A stretch of 64,000 nt of DNA from assembly GCA_039921505.1 (NCBI GenBank), contig JBDSBR010000018.1:1233-65232 (forward strand). The letters are read 5' to 3'. The stretch comes from Chitinophagaceae bacterium. Its GTDB lineage: Bacteria; Bacteroidota; Bacteroidia; Chitinophagales; Chitinophagaceae. A program made the position numbers and the translations under genes. A model generated the notes under the pieces. It had not been told where the DNA came from, searched no databases, and saw nothing but the letters and a program-made list of their open reading frames with translations. Below, in pieces: positions 1 to 10,115 of the stretch; the first letter of the stretch is position 1; each line of letters begins with the position of its first letter.

Positions 1-1
1 A

Positions 2-829
2 CCTGTTGCACAGATAGTTTGTATCGGTACCAATGCTGTGTTTACTGTGGTAGTTGCAGGAGCGCCGCTACCGAATATCTTCCAATGGCAGGTGAGCACG
101 AATGGCGGTACTACCTGGACAGATCTTACTACCAACGGTTCATATACGAATACACTGACCGTTCCTAACCCAACCGCTGCCAACAATGGCTTCCTGTACA
201 GGGTACGGATCACCAATAATTGTGGTGGTGGATTCCTTTTCTCGAATGCAGTATCCCTGACGGTGAACGCGGTAATCCAGGCTGTTGCAACAGACCTCTG
301 GAACCAGCGGATCTGTATCAGCGATACCCTGATACCATTGGTAGGAACACCTATAGGGGGAAGCTGGAGTGGTAACGGAGTGTCAGGATTCAATTTTGTT
401 CCCGGGGCAACCGGTGTAGGAACTTATATTCTCACTTATACCTATACAGGTAATAATGGACTGGGCTGTACTTCAACAGATACTACCAAAGTTATCGTGG
501 TTGATTGCGGCGAACGTGTCCGCTTACTCAAAGACAATGGGGTGCTACTCTATCCAAATCCGAATAACGGCCGCTTTAATATTAAGGTCAACAGTACGTT
601 GTATAATTATCTTGGTATGAAAGTGTATGATATGCAGGGTCGTCTTGTCAATGGTAGATCAAATGGCAAAGTACTTGAGTCACCAGTGTTTGGTAACCTC
701 GTCTTTGGTCGTGTGATCCCTGTAGATCTGAGTTACCTGCCAGCAGGTACCTACCTCATCAAGCTATACTATGATGGCGGTATCCGGAGTTCTGAAAAAG
801 GCATCCTGGTGGTAATCTCGCACGACTGA
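2..829 (+). CDS. T9SS type A sorting domain protein, C-terminal part (5' truncated by window edge)
   Basis: Frame open from base 2 (PVAQIVCIGTNAVFTV...). Ig-like repeat FQWQVSTNGGTTW; C-terminal LYPNPNNGRFNI...VYDMQGRLV...LPAGTYLIKL is the T9SS CTD signature. Confidence 0.85.
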   Translation, partial: PVAQIVCIGTNAVFTVVVAGAPLPNIFQWQVSTNGGTTWTDLTTNGSYTNTLTVPNPTAANNGFLYRVRITNNCGGGFLFSNAVSLTVNAVIQAVATDLWNQRICISDTLIPLVGTPIGGSWSGNGVSGFNFVPGATGVGTYILTYTYTGNNGLGCTSTDTTKVIVVDCGERVRLLKDNGVLLYPNPNNGRFNIKVNSTLYNYLGMKVYDMQGRLVNGRSNGKVLESPVFGNLVFGRVIPVDLSYLPAGTYLIKLYYDGGIRSSEKGILVVISHD

Positions 830-853
830 TAAATAAACCTTTGAAAAAATACC

Positions 854-884
854 AGCATCCCGTAATTACGGGATGCTTTTTTTT
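854..884 (+). terminator. Rho-independent terminator
   Basis: Perfect palindrome AGCATCCCGTAATTACGGGATGCT (854-877) followed by a T-run, 25 nt after the stop. Confidence 0.85.
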
Positions 885-911
885 GCGCGGACGGAACTAA
901 CTTTAATACAC

Positions 912-1619
912 ATGTCGTCTTCCGGTCTCATAGCTGCATTATCCCGGTCTTTAACCTTTCACCAGGTTGTTCCTTTTGATCCGTCAAAAGACAAATTGCT
1001 TTCTTTGGATTTCACAAAGGATAATAAGAATATTACAGCGGACATACTACAGCATACTCCTTTATTATCTGCTTATATCCAGGAACAGTTGACAAATGCA
1101 GGTGCCCGTTATGGTATTGGCGGGTATGGGGAACATCGTACGATCTACAGTAGCAGTACCGTCTTTGATGCTGATCAGCCTGGTGAAGAACCACGCCGGC
1201 TTCACCTCGGCACCGATATCTGGGGCAAGCCCTATACACCCGTGATGGCACCTCTTGACGGTATCGTTCATAGCTTTGCCTTCAATAACCGGCCCGGTGA
1301 TTACGGGGCCACGATCCTTCTTTCACATGCCTTAAAAGAAACAAGCTTCTTTACATTATACGGACATCTTAGTTTGAACTCCATCAAAAACCTTGTAGAA
1401 GGCGACCGCGTAGAAAAAGGAGATGTGATCGGGGAGTTCGGTATTCCTGCGGAAAACGGGCAATGGCCACCGCACCTGCATTTCCAGCTGGTAGAAAATA
1501 TAGGAGACTGGAAAGGAGATTATCCCGGGGTTTGTAAATTCTCCGAAAAAGAGAAATGGCTGGCGAACAGTCCAGACCCCGATATCATTTTACAAATGAA
1601 CCGCTATATCAATCAATGA
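912..1619 (+). CDS. Peptidoglycan DD-metalloendopeptidase, M23 family
   Basis: HLGTDIW (HxxxD) and HLHFQ (HxH) zinc motifs; start moved to ATG 912. Confidence 0.85.
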   Translation: MSSSGLIAALSRSLTFHQVVPFDPSKDKLLSLDFTKDNKNITADILQHTPLLSAYIQEQLTNAGARYGIGGYGEHRTIYSSSTVFDADQPGEEPRRLHLGTDIWGKPYTPVMAPLDGIVHSFAFNNRPGDYGATILLSHALKETSFFTLYGHLSLNSIKNLVEGDRVEKGDVIGEFGIPAENGQWPPHLHFQLVENIGDWKGDYPGVCKFSEKEKWLANSPDPDIILQMNRYINQ

Positions 1620-1623
1620 CCGG

Positions 1624-2271
1624 CTATAATTTCAGCAACTTGAATGCATGGGTCCATTGATTTTTCAGGATACCGGGTATACACCATAAGATACATAAGG
1701 GCTCAATGGCACGGGCGGATTCTACTTTTCCCATATCGGCTGTTTCCCAGCCAAAGGCGGTTAATATTCCTGTAACTGTTTGTTTGGCCTCTTCATCATT
1801 ACCGCATATAAACATACTTGGTATTCCGCCTGGGAAATTGGGTTTATACATTAAATTATTGCCAACAGAATTGAATGCTTTCACCAGTTTTGCAGCAGGT
1901 AATTGTTCCTGGATCTTTTCCATCAGGGATTCATTTGGCCCGGTGAAAAATTGAAGGACACCGTTTTGAGGCGGTGCTGCAGCGATGGGGTTGGTTGCGT
2001 CAATAACAAGTTTGCCTGCAAAATTATTTTCACCTGCGAGTTTTATTGCATCCGATACTACTGCACCCCCCGTGGCCAGTACGATCCACTCTCCAAATGC
2101 AGCTGTTTCCGTGAAATCGCCTGTCGTTATCGAAGGGTTAGCCTCTTTAAATTTTACCACCGCTTCTTTTTTGGTATCCCGGGTTCCCAGTTTTACCTGG
2201 TGACCTTCGCTGCTGAATGCTTTGGCCAACACCTGGCCGACAATACCCGAACCGATAATACCGACTTTCAT
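1624..2271 (-). CDS. NADPH-dependent F420 reductase-like NAD(P)-binding oxidoreductase
   Basis: MKVGIIGSGIVG Rossmann motif, DATNP and VKAFN motifs; start at ATG 2271. Confidence 0.8.
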   Translation of the reverse strand: MKVGIIGSGIVGQVLAKAFSSEGHQVKLGTRDTKKEAVVKFKEANPSITTGDFTETAAFGEWIVLATGGAVVSDAIKLAGENNFAGKLVIDATNPIAAAPPQNGVLQFFTGPNESLMEKIQEQLPAAKLVKAFNSVGNNLMYKPNFPGGIPSMFICGNDEEAKQTVTGILTAFGWETADMGKVESARAIEPLCILWCIPGILKNQWTHAFKLLKL

Positions 2272-2328
2272 GACTGCTGGATTTTGTTTATTAATAATTA
2301 GCTTTACAACATTACAACAAAAAAGTTC

Positions 2329-3357
2329 ATGGCCAATCCTAACCTGAGCAGTGATAAACAAAGTCTAACCGCAGCTGATAAGGAATTCGAAAATAATATC
2401 CGGCCGTCGCAGATCAGCGATTTTTCGGGCCAGGACCAGATCATCGAAAACCTACGGATCTTTATCAAAGCAGCCCGGATGCGCGGTGAAGCATTGGATC
2501 ATGTATTGTTTCATGGCCCGCCCGGGCTGGGAAAAACAACGCTGTCCAGGATTGTGGCTAATGAACTGGGTGTAAATATCCGGGAGACCTCGGGACCAGT
2601 TATTGAAAAACCGGGTGACCTGGCAGGATTACTTACAAGTCTTGAGCCGAATGATGTTTTATTCATCGACGAAATACACCGGTTGAGTACAGTCGTGGAA
2701 GAATATTTATATGCGGCGATGGAAGATTACCGGATCGATATCATGATCGATACTGGCCCCAATGCAAGAAGTATCCAGATCAACCTGAATCCTTTTACGT
2801 TGGTGGGTGCAACGACCAGGAGCGGGTTACTTACAGCACCGCTGCTTTCACGTTTTGCCATCAAATCAAGACTGGAATATTATACGGCCCCGGTATTGAA
2901 TAAGATCATTCACAGGTCTGCCGGTATATTAGGAACAAAGATTTCCAACGAAGCAGTGGAAGAGATCGGGAGAAGAAGCCGGGGAACTCCCCGTATTGCT
3001 AATGGTTTATTAAGAAGGGTAAGGGATTTTGCCCAGGTATTAAATGACGGGGAGATTGATCTCGGGATTACACGCCATGCTTTAAAAGCCCTGAATGTAG
3101 ATGAACACGGGCTCGATGATATGGACAACCGGATCCTTTCCACTATTATAGATAAATTCAAAGGAGGCCCCGTAGGTCTTACCACTATTGCTACGGCAGT
3201 TAGCGAAGAAGCAGGTACGATCGAAGAGGTATATGAACCATTCCTGATACAGGAAGGCTTTTTACAGCGCACACCGCGCGGAAGAGAGGTAACGGCCAAG
3301 GCATACGAGCATCTTGGAAAATCCAAACCCAATATGCCAGGAACATTATTCTCCTGA
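2329..3357 (+). CDS. ruvB: Holliday junction branch migration helicase RuvB
   Basis: [41 protein letters not shown]. Confidence 0.98.
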   Translation: MANPNLSSDKQSLTAADKEFENNIRPSQISDFSGQDQIIENLRIFIKAARMRGEALDHVLFHGPPGLGKTTLSRIVANELGVNIRETSGPVIEKPGDLAGLLTSLEPNDVLFIDEIHRLSTVVEEYLYAAMEDYRIDIMIDTGPNARSIQINLNPFTLVGATTRSGLLTAPLLSRFAIKSRLEYYTAPVLNKIIHRSAGILGTKISNEAVEEIGRRSRGTPRIANGLLRRVRDFAQVLNDGEIDLGITRHALKALNVDEHGLDDMDNRILSTIIDKFKGGPVGLTTIATAVSEEAGTIEEVYEPFLIQEGFLQRTPRGREVTAKAYEHLGKSKPNMPGTLFS

Positions 3358-3414
3358 AATAAAAATGAGTGCCCTTATAAAGGACACTCATCGGCATATC
3401 TTCAAATTTTCAAA

Positions 3415-4113
3415 TCAACTCTGCACCACTAACCGGAACCCATTCCCGTGTATATTCACGATCTCGATCTTCTCATCATCCTTCAAATACTTCCGCAACT
3501 TGGCAATATAAACGTCCATACTCCGGCCATTAAAATAGGTATCGCTTCCCCAGATCTTTTTAAGCGCGGCTTCCCTTGGCAGCAGGTCATTCAGGTGTTC
3601 AGCCAGCATTTTCAGCAACTCGTTTTCTTTGGGAGATAAGGTTTGCGTTATCCCTCCGTGTATCAGCTGCCGCAATTTGGGATTAAAGTGGTAAGTGGAG
3701 AGGTCAAATTCCTTGTTCTCACTTTCTTTATTCTGTTCCTCGTTCCTTTTCAGGATGGCTTTTATTTTCAGCAACAGCACTTCGCTGTCAAATGGCTTCG
3801 TGATATAATCATCTGCCCCGAGTTTATAACCCTGGATCACATCTTCTTTCATGGTCTTGGCGCTTAAAAAGAAGAGGGGTATATCGGGATCCACATCCCT
3901 GATCTCTTCGGCCAGCGTAAAACCGTCCATATTGGGCATCATAACATCCAGCAAACAGAGTTCGAATTTTTCGCGTTGAAAAGCAGCCAGACCAAGGCGG
4001 CCATCCCTTTCCAGCGTAACATCATAATCGTTCAGTTCCAGGTAATTTTTCAGCACACTCCCCAGGTTGGGATCATCTTCGCACAATAAGATTTTAGGTT
4101 TTTTCGCTTCCAT
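3415..4113 (-). CDS. rprY: OmpR-family response regulator (RprY-like), no adjacent kinase
   Basis: ILLCEDD, LDVMMP, GADDYITKPF, RSMDVYIAKLRK, NIHGNGFRL; start at ATG 4113. Confidence 0.85.
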   Translation of the reverse strand: MEAKKPKILLCEDDPNLGSVLKNYLELNDYDVTLERDGRLGLAAFQREKFELCLLDVMMPNMDGFTLAEEIRDVDPDIPLFFLSAKTMKEDVIQGYKLGADDYITKPFDSEVLLLKIKAILKRNEEQNKESENKEFDLSTYHFNPKLRQLIHGGITQTLSPKENELLKMLAEHLNDLLPREAALKKIWGSDTYFNGRSMDVYIAKLRKYLKDDEKIEIVNIHGNGFRLVVQS

Positions 4114-4289
4114 TACTAGTGGGTTTATATTAGTGACAAATAAAGTTAAAGCATTTCGGGGGTTCAAGGATAACGGACGAATTTTTTGTTAAAACACCGT
4201 ATTTCAATCCTTTTGCCATATACATTAGACGTAATATCTATAAAAACTGTGCCACGCTGGGAGGTCTGACGGTCCCCGTCTGACCATCT

Positions 4290-4523
4290 CTATAACCCCA
4301 TCAGTTTTTTATAATCCTTTTCATTCATATACTCCAGCAGGTCCCCGGGCTGGCATTCCAGCACTTTGCAGATATCCTCGAGGGTAGAGAACCGGATGGC
4401 TTTCGCCTTACTGGTCTTTAAAATACTCAGGTTGGCCATGGTAATACCCACCCGTTCGCTTAATTCGGTAAGCGACATTTTGCGGCGGGCGAGCATGATA
4501 TCCAGGTTGACGACAATGGGCAT
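4290..4523 (-). CDS. Cro/C1 (YozG-like) helix-turn-helix regulator
   Basis: MPIVVNLDIMLARRKMSLTELSERVGIT...KAIRFSTLEDICKVLECQPGDLLEY. Confidence 0.9.
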   Translation of the reverse strand: MPIVVNLDIMLARRKMSLTELSERVGITMANLSILKTSKAKAIRFSTLEDICKVLECQPGDLLEYMNEKDYKKLMGL

Positions 4524-4524
4524 A

Positions 4525-5109
4525 TTATACGGTTAGGTCTTGTTCCTGCTGGAGCAAGAGGCCTTTTCTTAAGATAAGCCTGATACAAAGAATCAGTATT
4601 CCCATCCACATAGTAAGCGTTGCGGTACTATTGTTCTTAATTATTGTAAACTCATCATTGGTCATGGACAAGATATCGCCTTTTATAATATACAATCTTA
4701 TTTTATTGAGCAGGAAGTAACTAATAAACGCGAGACCAATTACCGTAAGATATTTTGAAATATTATTTTTAAAGGGGTCTGATACATTGATTTTGTTCGA
4801 TATCATAAATATGGAAATAGCTACTACCAGTATAACAAGATTGCTTAGCAGGTCAAGGTCATCATTATCCGGGTACATCAATTTTTGGGCAAGCGAAGGG
4901 TTTTTAATTACCAGCTTGCCCTCGGCTAATACGGTATTAGAACCATAAGTTGCCAATGGTTGTTCAGACAACCTGGTATTGCTTGCTGGTTTTACATTTA
5001 TTTCCAGGATTGAATTTTTCGATATCAGGGTATACCCAATAAAAAAAACAGAAAGGACAATAAATAAAAAGGAGATGAGCTGGTATTTTGTGTTTAAGCG
5101 CTTTGACAT
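4525..5109 (-). CDS. DUF2975-like membrane protein
   Basis: Several TM helices, C-terminal KGLLLQQEQDLTV typical of the family, directly upstream of its usual HTH partner. Confidence 0.75.
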   Translation of the reverse strand: MSKRLNTKYQLISFLFIVLSVFFIGYTLISKNSILEINVKPASNTRLSEQPLATYGSNTVLAEGKLVIKNPSLAQKLMYPDNDDLDLLSNLVILVVAISIFMISNKINVSDPFKNNISKYLTVIGLAFISYFLLNKIRLYIIKGDILSMTNDEFTIIKNNSTATLTMWMGILILCIRLILRKGLLLQQEQDLTV

Positions 5110-5268
5110 AATTTATTTCTGATAAATTTCATAAAATTGATTTATTCAAGTAAAGGTAAATAATTATTGATAAACAATAAATAATTATTTTAATTAAATG
5201 TTTATGAATTAGGGTCATTAACTCCTCAATTTGATGATTTCCAGTATCTTTCCTTTCAAATAATACCC

Positions 5269-6810
5269 ATGGCAGACAGTGCAAAATTCCTGGAAGCAAT
5301 AAAAGCTGGATATACTTTCAAAGGAGAAGCCTTTAAGATCGGTTGTGGTATGCTGGATGGTAATGTGATCAGCGGTGCAGATATATTTATCCCGATGAAA
5401 ACACTGAACCGCCACGGGCTTATTGCCGGTGCTACAGGAACAGGAAAAACAAAAACATTGCAAGTGCTTGCAGAAGGTTTGAGTGATGCGAGTATCCCGG
5501 TGCTGATGATGGATATTAAGGGAGACCTGAGTGGTATCGCTGCCGCCGGAACGGCCAATGATAAGATCACGGAACGCTGCCAGAAACTCAATATTGAATT
5601 CAAGCCCACCGCTTACCCGGTTGAGCTGCTGACTCTCAGTAATCAAAAAGGAGCAAGACTCCGGGCAACCGTCAGCGAGTTTGGTCCTGTATTGCTTTCC
5701 AAGATACTGGGACTTAATGATACACAGGGCGGCTTTGTTGCTATGATATTCAAGTATTGCGATGATAATAAACTTCCCCTGCTTGACCTGAAAGATTTTG
5801 TCAAAGTATTACAATTTGTCAGTGATGAAGGAAAAGAAGAACTCGAAAAAACCTATGGCAAGATTTCCACTACATCTACCGGGACCATACTCCGGAAAGT
5901 TATTGAACTCGAGCAACAGGGAGCAGATACCTTTTTCGGGGAAAAAAGTTTTGAAGTGGATGACCTGATGCGGATCAATGACCAGGGGAAAGGCATGATC
6001 TCTATTGTACGGGTGACCGACTTGCAGGACCGCCCCAAACTCTTCTCCACTTTTATGCTGCAGTTACTGGCGGAACTCTATGCCACCTGCCCGGAAGAAG
6101 GAGATATGGACAAACCCAAACTGGTGATCTTTATCGATGAGGCGCATCTTATTTTCCAGGAAGCGAGTGAAGCCTTACTCCAACAGATCGAAACGATTAT
6201 TAAACTGATCCGTTCCAAGGGGATCGGTATCTATTTTTGTACGCAAAACCCTATGGATGTCCCGGCTGCCGTGCTGGCACAACTGGGATTGAAAATACAA
6301 CATGCATTAAGGGCTTTTACAGCTGCTGACAGGAAAGTGATCAAACAAACCGCGGAGAACTACCCTGAAACGGTATTTTATAAAACAGAGGATTTGATTA
6401 CGGAATTGGGTACGGGCGAAGCGCTTGTCACTATCCTGAATGAAAAAGGGATTCCTACACCGCTGGTGCATTGCATGCTGCGGCCGCCCCAGAGTCGCAT
6501 GGATATACTAACAGCCGCGGAGATCGATACACTGGTGGGTCAATCAAAGATCGCTTCCAAATACAACCAGGTGATCGATAATGAAAGCGCTTACGAGATG
6601 CTCACGGAAAAACTAAAAGAGGCTTCCGAAAAGAAAGCCGATGAAAAAGAAGCCAGGGAAGAAAAGAAAACGGTTACGAAAGATAAAGGCATATTCGATA
6701 ACCCGGTGATAAAAAGTATGACACGTACTGCAGGGAATACGATCGTCAGGGCCCTGCTCGGTGTATTGGGCCTGGGGGGCAGAAGCCGCAGTCGTAAGAG
6801 TTTGTTTTAA
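5269..6810 (+). CDS. HerA-like ATPase, DUF853/YjgR family
   Basis: NRHGLIAGATGTGKTKTLQ, FIDEAHL, LIRSKGIG, QHALRAFT. Confidence 0.9.
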   Translation: MADSAKFLEAIKAGYTFKGEAFKIGCGMLDGNVISGADIFIPMKTLNRHGLIAGATGTGKTKTLQVLAEGLSDASIPVLMMDIKGDLSGIAAAGTANDKITERCQKLNIEFKPTAYPVELLTLSNQKGARLRATVSEFGPVLLSKILGLNDTQGGFVAMIFKYCDDNKLPLLDLKDFVKVLQFVSDEGKEELEKTYGKISTTSTGTILRKVIELEQQGADTFFGEKSFEVDDLMRINDQGKGMISIVRVTDLQDRPKLFSTFMLQLLAELYATCPEEGDMDKPKLVIFIDEAHLIFQEASEALLQQIETIIKLIRSKGIGIYFCTQNPMDVPAAVLAQLGLKIQHALRAFTAADRKVIKQTAENYPETVFYKTEDLITELGTGEALVTILNEKGIPTPLVHCMLRPPQSRMDILTAAEIDTLVGQSKIASKYNQVIDNESAYEMLTEKLKEASEKKADEKEAREEKKTVTKDKGIFDNPVIKSMTRTAGNTIVRALLGVLGLGGRSRSRKSLF

Positions 6811-6835
6811 TTAAACGCTTTGTGTGCATTTTTTT

Positions 6836-6960
6836 TGGAGCACTAAGAACACAAAGGATACACAAAGCGCACTAAGAAATTAAAAGGCAGATCGAACCCT
6901 GCTTGAAGGGCTCTAAATACGTTGTGTCCTTCGTGGTTCTTAGTGTACTTCGTGCTCCAG
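6836..6960. repeat. ~9-nt-period inverted micro-repeat (CACTAAGAA/CACAAAG units vs CTTCGTG/CTTAGTG units)
   Basis: TGGAGCACTAAGAACACAAAGG... mirrored by ...CTTCGTGGTTCTTAGTGTACTTCGTGCTCCA. Confidence 0.75.
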
Positions 6961-7036
6961 TATTTAAGAAAGCAATCAAATATAAAACGCGGTATTGTCA
7001 GTGATATATTATTTATTTAACGATCAAGGATAAATT

Positions 7037-8074
7037 ATGCAAAGCAATCATCCAACACCAGAAAAAATTTTACAAATGGGGCTCGGTTTCTGGGCTTCCA
7101 AAACCTTATTAACCGCGGTCAATCTGAAATTATTCACCCACCTCGCTGAAAAAGGGAAACAAAGCGGAATGCAGATCAAAGACCAGTATGGGTTTAAGTG
7201 CACGGACAGGAATGTGTATGATTTCCTGGACACACTGACCTCTTTTGGTTTTTTACAAAGGGAAGGTATCCTGGAAACAGGCCTCTATTCAAATGCAGAG
7301 GAAACGGAGATCTTCCTGGACAAAAAGAAACCAAGTTATATCGGCGGTATCCTGGAAATGGCCAATAACAGGTTATATCCTTTCTGGGCCGACCTCGAAA
7401 CCGGACTGGCCACCGGCTTACCGCAGAATGAGAACAAACACGGCACGCATGATATGTTTGCTACTTTATATGAATCCCCGGAACGATTAAAAGAATTTGT
7501 GCACGCTATGAGCGGGATACAGATGGGGAATTTTATGCAGTTTGCACAGCAATTCGAATTCGACAACTATAAAACCCTTACCGATGCCGGCGGAGCGGGT
7601 GCTATGCTTTCCATCATGGTAGCCAAACATCAGCCGCATATGCAATGTACCAGTTTTGATCTCCCGGCAGTTAATGCCGTGGCAAAAGATAATATCAGCC
7701 AGTTCAATTTATCGGAAAGAGTTAAAACAGTGGATGGTAATTTTTTCGAGAACCCGCTGCCTCCTGCTGATGTTGTGGTGATGGGTAATATTCTTCATGA
7801 CTGGAATGAAGAGCAAAAACTGACACTTATGAACAAAGCTTTCGAGGCTTTACCCGAAGGCGGGGCCTTTGTCGCGATCGAGAATGTAATCGATGATGAA
7901 AGGAGAAAGAACTCTTTTGGTCTTATGATGAGCCTGAATATGCTGATCGAAACAGGAACGGGGTTTGATTATACATTTAAGGATTTTACAGGCTGGGCCA
8001 GCACGGTTGGTTTTAAGAGCACCCGGCTTTTGCCGCTTACCGGGCCTTCCAGCGCCGCCATTGCGATTAAATAA
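7037..8074 (+). CDS. SAM-dependent O-methyltransferase (dimerisation plus methyltransferase domain)
   Basis: DAGGAGA, FDLP, GNFF, GNILHDW motifs. Confidence 0.85.
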   Translation: MQSNHPTPEKILQMGLGFWASKTLLTAVNLKLFTHLAEKGKQSGMQIKDQYGFKCTDRNVYDFLDTLTSFGFLQREGILETGLYSNAEETEIFLDKKKPSYIGGILEMANNRLYPFWADLETGLATGLPQNENKHGTHDMFATLYESPERLKEFVHAMSGIQMGNFMQFAQQFEFDNYKTLTDAGGAGAMLSIMVAKHQPHMQCTSFDLPAVNAVAKDNISQFNLSERVKTVDGNFFENPLPPADVVVMGNILHDWNEEQKLTLMNKAFEALPEGGAFVAIENVIDDERRKNSFGLMMSLNMLIETGTGFDYTFKDFTGWASTVGFKSTRLLPLTGPSSAAIAIK

Positions 8075-10036
8075 TTATTTCAGCCGCACCCGGCCACTGG
8101 CATCCATTTCGATTTTATTCTCAGCCTGGAGAAACTCAAGCATCTTCCAGGCTTTTTCTTTCCTTACGCCATTGAGTTTAAGTAAAAGATCTTTGGTGTG
8201 CAATGACTCATACTTGACCATATTGATGATCCGGTGATGAAGCGTATCGAATTCTTCCTTCGTAAGATGAGCCGCTTTCTGGCGAAGGCAATTGTCACAG
8301 ATACCACAGGATCGGACATGACTATCGCCAAAGTAAGAACCAATGATGCGGCTACGGCAGGCGGCTTCTTCTTTTATATAGCGGATCATTTGTTTCATCC
8401 GCTGTTTGAATTGTTCCTTTCGTTTGTTATAGTCAACCATGTTGATCGAAATATCTTCCGCTTTGATGCGATCGCGGAGCAATAAAAGCTGGGGAACATC
8501 TTTCTGGGGATGGTATTCAATAATACCTGCCTGGTCTAACTGTAACAATTGTTTTTTTACTTCTTCCGCGCCTGTTCTCATCAACCCACCGATCACTTTT
8601 TCCGAAACGGGTACCGGCTGATCAAAGATCCCTTCGTAAGCCCGTAACAGGGTTTTTATAATAGGCTCAAGTTGCGGGTGTTCTTTTTCAAATCCGTAGA
8701 GGTAATCCTTATTAGTAATAAAGCCCGCTGTTGCCTGTATAAAGACCTGTTCGTTAAAAGCAAGCCAGCCTTCCTGTTCCAGTGTTTTCAGGGAATACAG
8801 GGTAGTATGACTGACGAGGTTGAATTTTTTTAAAAAATCAGAAATATCAAAATCATAATATTGTCCCCCGCCGGACCCGACTGGTATTTGAAGATAATTC
8901 GCCACGGCTTGGTAGATCTCCCTGATCGTATCCTGTGAAGGAAAACGCAGCGCAGCCAACTCTTCCAGTTCCTTCAGATCCCTTTCATCATATAATAATA
9001 CGGCATAGGATGTCTTCCCATCCCGTCCCGCCCGACCGGCTTCCTGGTAATAATTTTCGAGGCAATCCGGTACATCTGCATGGATCACGGTGCGGACATC
9101 TGCCTTATCGATCCCCATTCCGAAAGCATTGGTGCATACGATTACCCTGGTCTTATTATGGATCCATTCTTCCTGTCGCCTGCTTCTCTCTTCCTGCAAT
9201 AACCCCGCATGGTAAAAATTGGCCGGGATTTGCTGAAGCTGCAGCAGTTCGCTGATCTCTTTTGTTCTTTTCCTGCTTTTACAATAAACAATACTGCTGC
9301 CCGGTACTTTTTTCAACACTTCAATGATCTTATGGATCTTGGAACCGATATGAAAAGCACTGTACGAAAGATTGGGGCGTTCAAAGGATTGCCGGAAAAC
9401 TTCCCAACCCCAAAATGAACCTGCTGATTCCCGGTTTTCCGTGCTTAATTTTTCACAAATATCTTTTTGTACATCCGGGGTAGCTGAAGCTGTTAAGGCA
9501 AGCACAGGAATACCCGGAAGTTCTTTTCGGAGCGCAGCGATACGGAGGTAAGATGGACGAAAATCATATCCCCACTGGGATACGCAATGCGCCTCATCCA
9601 CAGCGACGAGCGTGACAGGCAACCCTGGTAAATATTCTTTGAATAAGGATGTCTCCAATCTTTCCGGTGAGACATAGAGGAACTTGCAATTACTTTCACC
9701 GGCTACTTTCAGGGTATTGATCACTTCTTTACGGCTCATACCCGAATAGATCGCAAAAGCCGTGATGTTTTTTTTCCGAAGGTTCTCTACCTGGTCCTTC
9801 ATTAAAGCGATGAGAGGGGAGATAACAAGACACAATCCTTCTTTCATCATAGCCGGTACCTGGTAACAGAGCGATTTGCCACCTCCTGTCGGCATCAGCG
9901 CCAGCACATCTTTATCATTGAGTACAGCGCGGATAATATCTGCCTGTAAGGGACGGAAAGATTCAAAACCCCAGTATTGATGGAGGATATCATGAATCGT
10001 GAGTCGTGAGTCGTGAGTAGGAGAAGATACCTGCAT
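8075..10036 (-). CDS. recQ: RecQ-family ATP-dependent DNA helicase (no obvious HRDC domain)
   Basis: MPTGGGKSLCYQ, AVDEAHCVSQWGYDFRP, LTASAT, YYQEAGRAGRDG, Zn motif CR...CGICDNC. Confidence 0.9.
   Translation of the reverse strand: MQVSSPTHDSRLTIHDILHQYWGFESFRPLQADIIRAVLNDKDVLALMPTGGGKSLCYQVPAMMKEGLCLVISPLIALMKDQVENLRKKNITAFAIYSGMSRKEVINTLKVAGESNCKFLYVSPERLETSLFKEYLPGLPVTLVAVDEAHCVSQWGYDFRPSYLRIAALRKELPGIPVLALTASATPDVQKDICEKLSTENRESAGSFWGWEVFRQSFERPNLSYSAFHIGSKIHKIIEVLKKVPGSSIVYCKSRKRTKEISELLQLQQIPANFYHAGLLQEERSRRQEEWIHNKTRVIVCTNAFGMGIDKADVRTVIHADVPDCLENYYQEAGRAGRDGKTSYAVLLYDERDLKELEELAALRFPSQDTIREIYQAVANYLQIPVGSGGGQYYDFDISDFLKKFNLVSHTTLYSLKTLEQEGWLAFNEQVFIQATAGFITNKDYLYGFEKEHPQLEPIIKTLLRAYEGIFDQPVPVSEKVIGGLMRTGAEEVKKQLLQLDQAGIIEYHPQKDVPQLLLLRDRIKAEDISINMVDYNKRKEQFKQRMKQMIRYIKEEAACRSRIIGSYFGDSHVRSCGICDNCLRQKAAHLTKEEFDTLHHRIINMVKYESLHTKDLLLKLNGVRKEKAWKMLEFLQAENKIEMDASGRVRLK
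9990..10017. repeat. (TCGTGAG)3 heptamer tract inside recQ 5' end
   Basis: Three exact copies at 9997-10017 plus degenerate TCATGAA; reads THDSRLT in RecQ. Confidence 0.85.
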
Positions 10037-10115
10037 CTACAAATCTTGTTTATAAGTCTTTGCTAAGCTATGAAAATGATTTAAGATGGGGCCCGTTAAG
10101 ATTGGTAACCTATAG

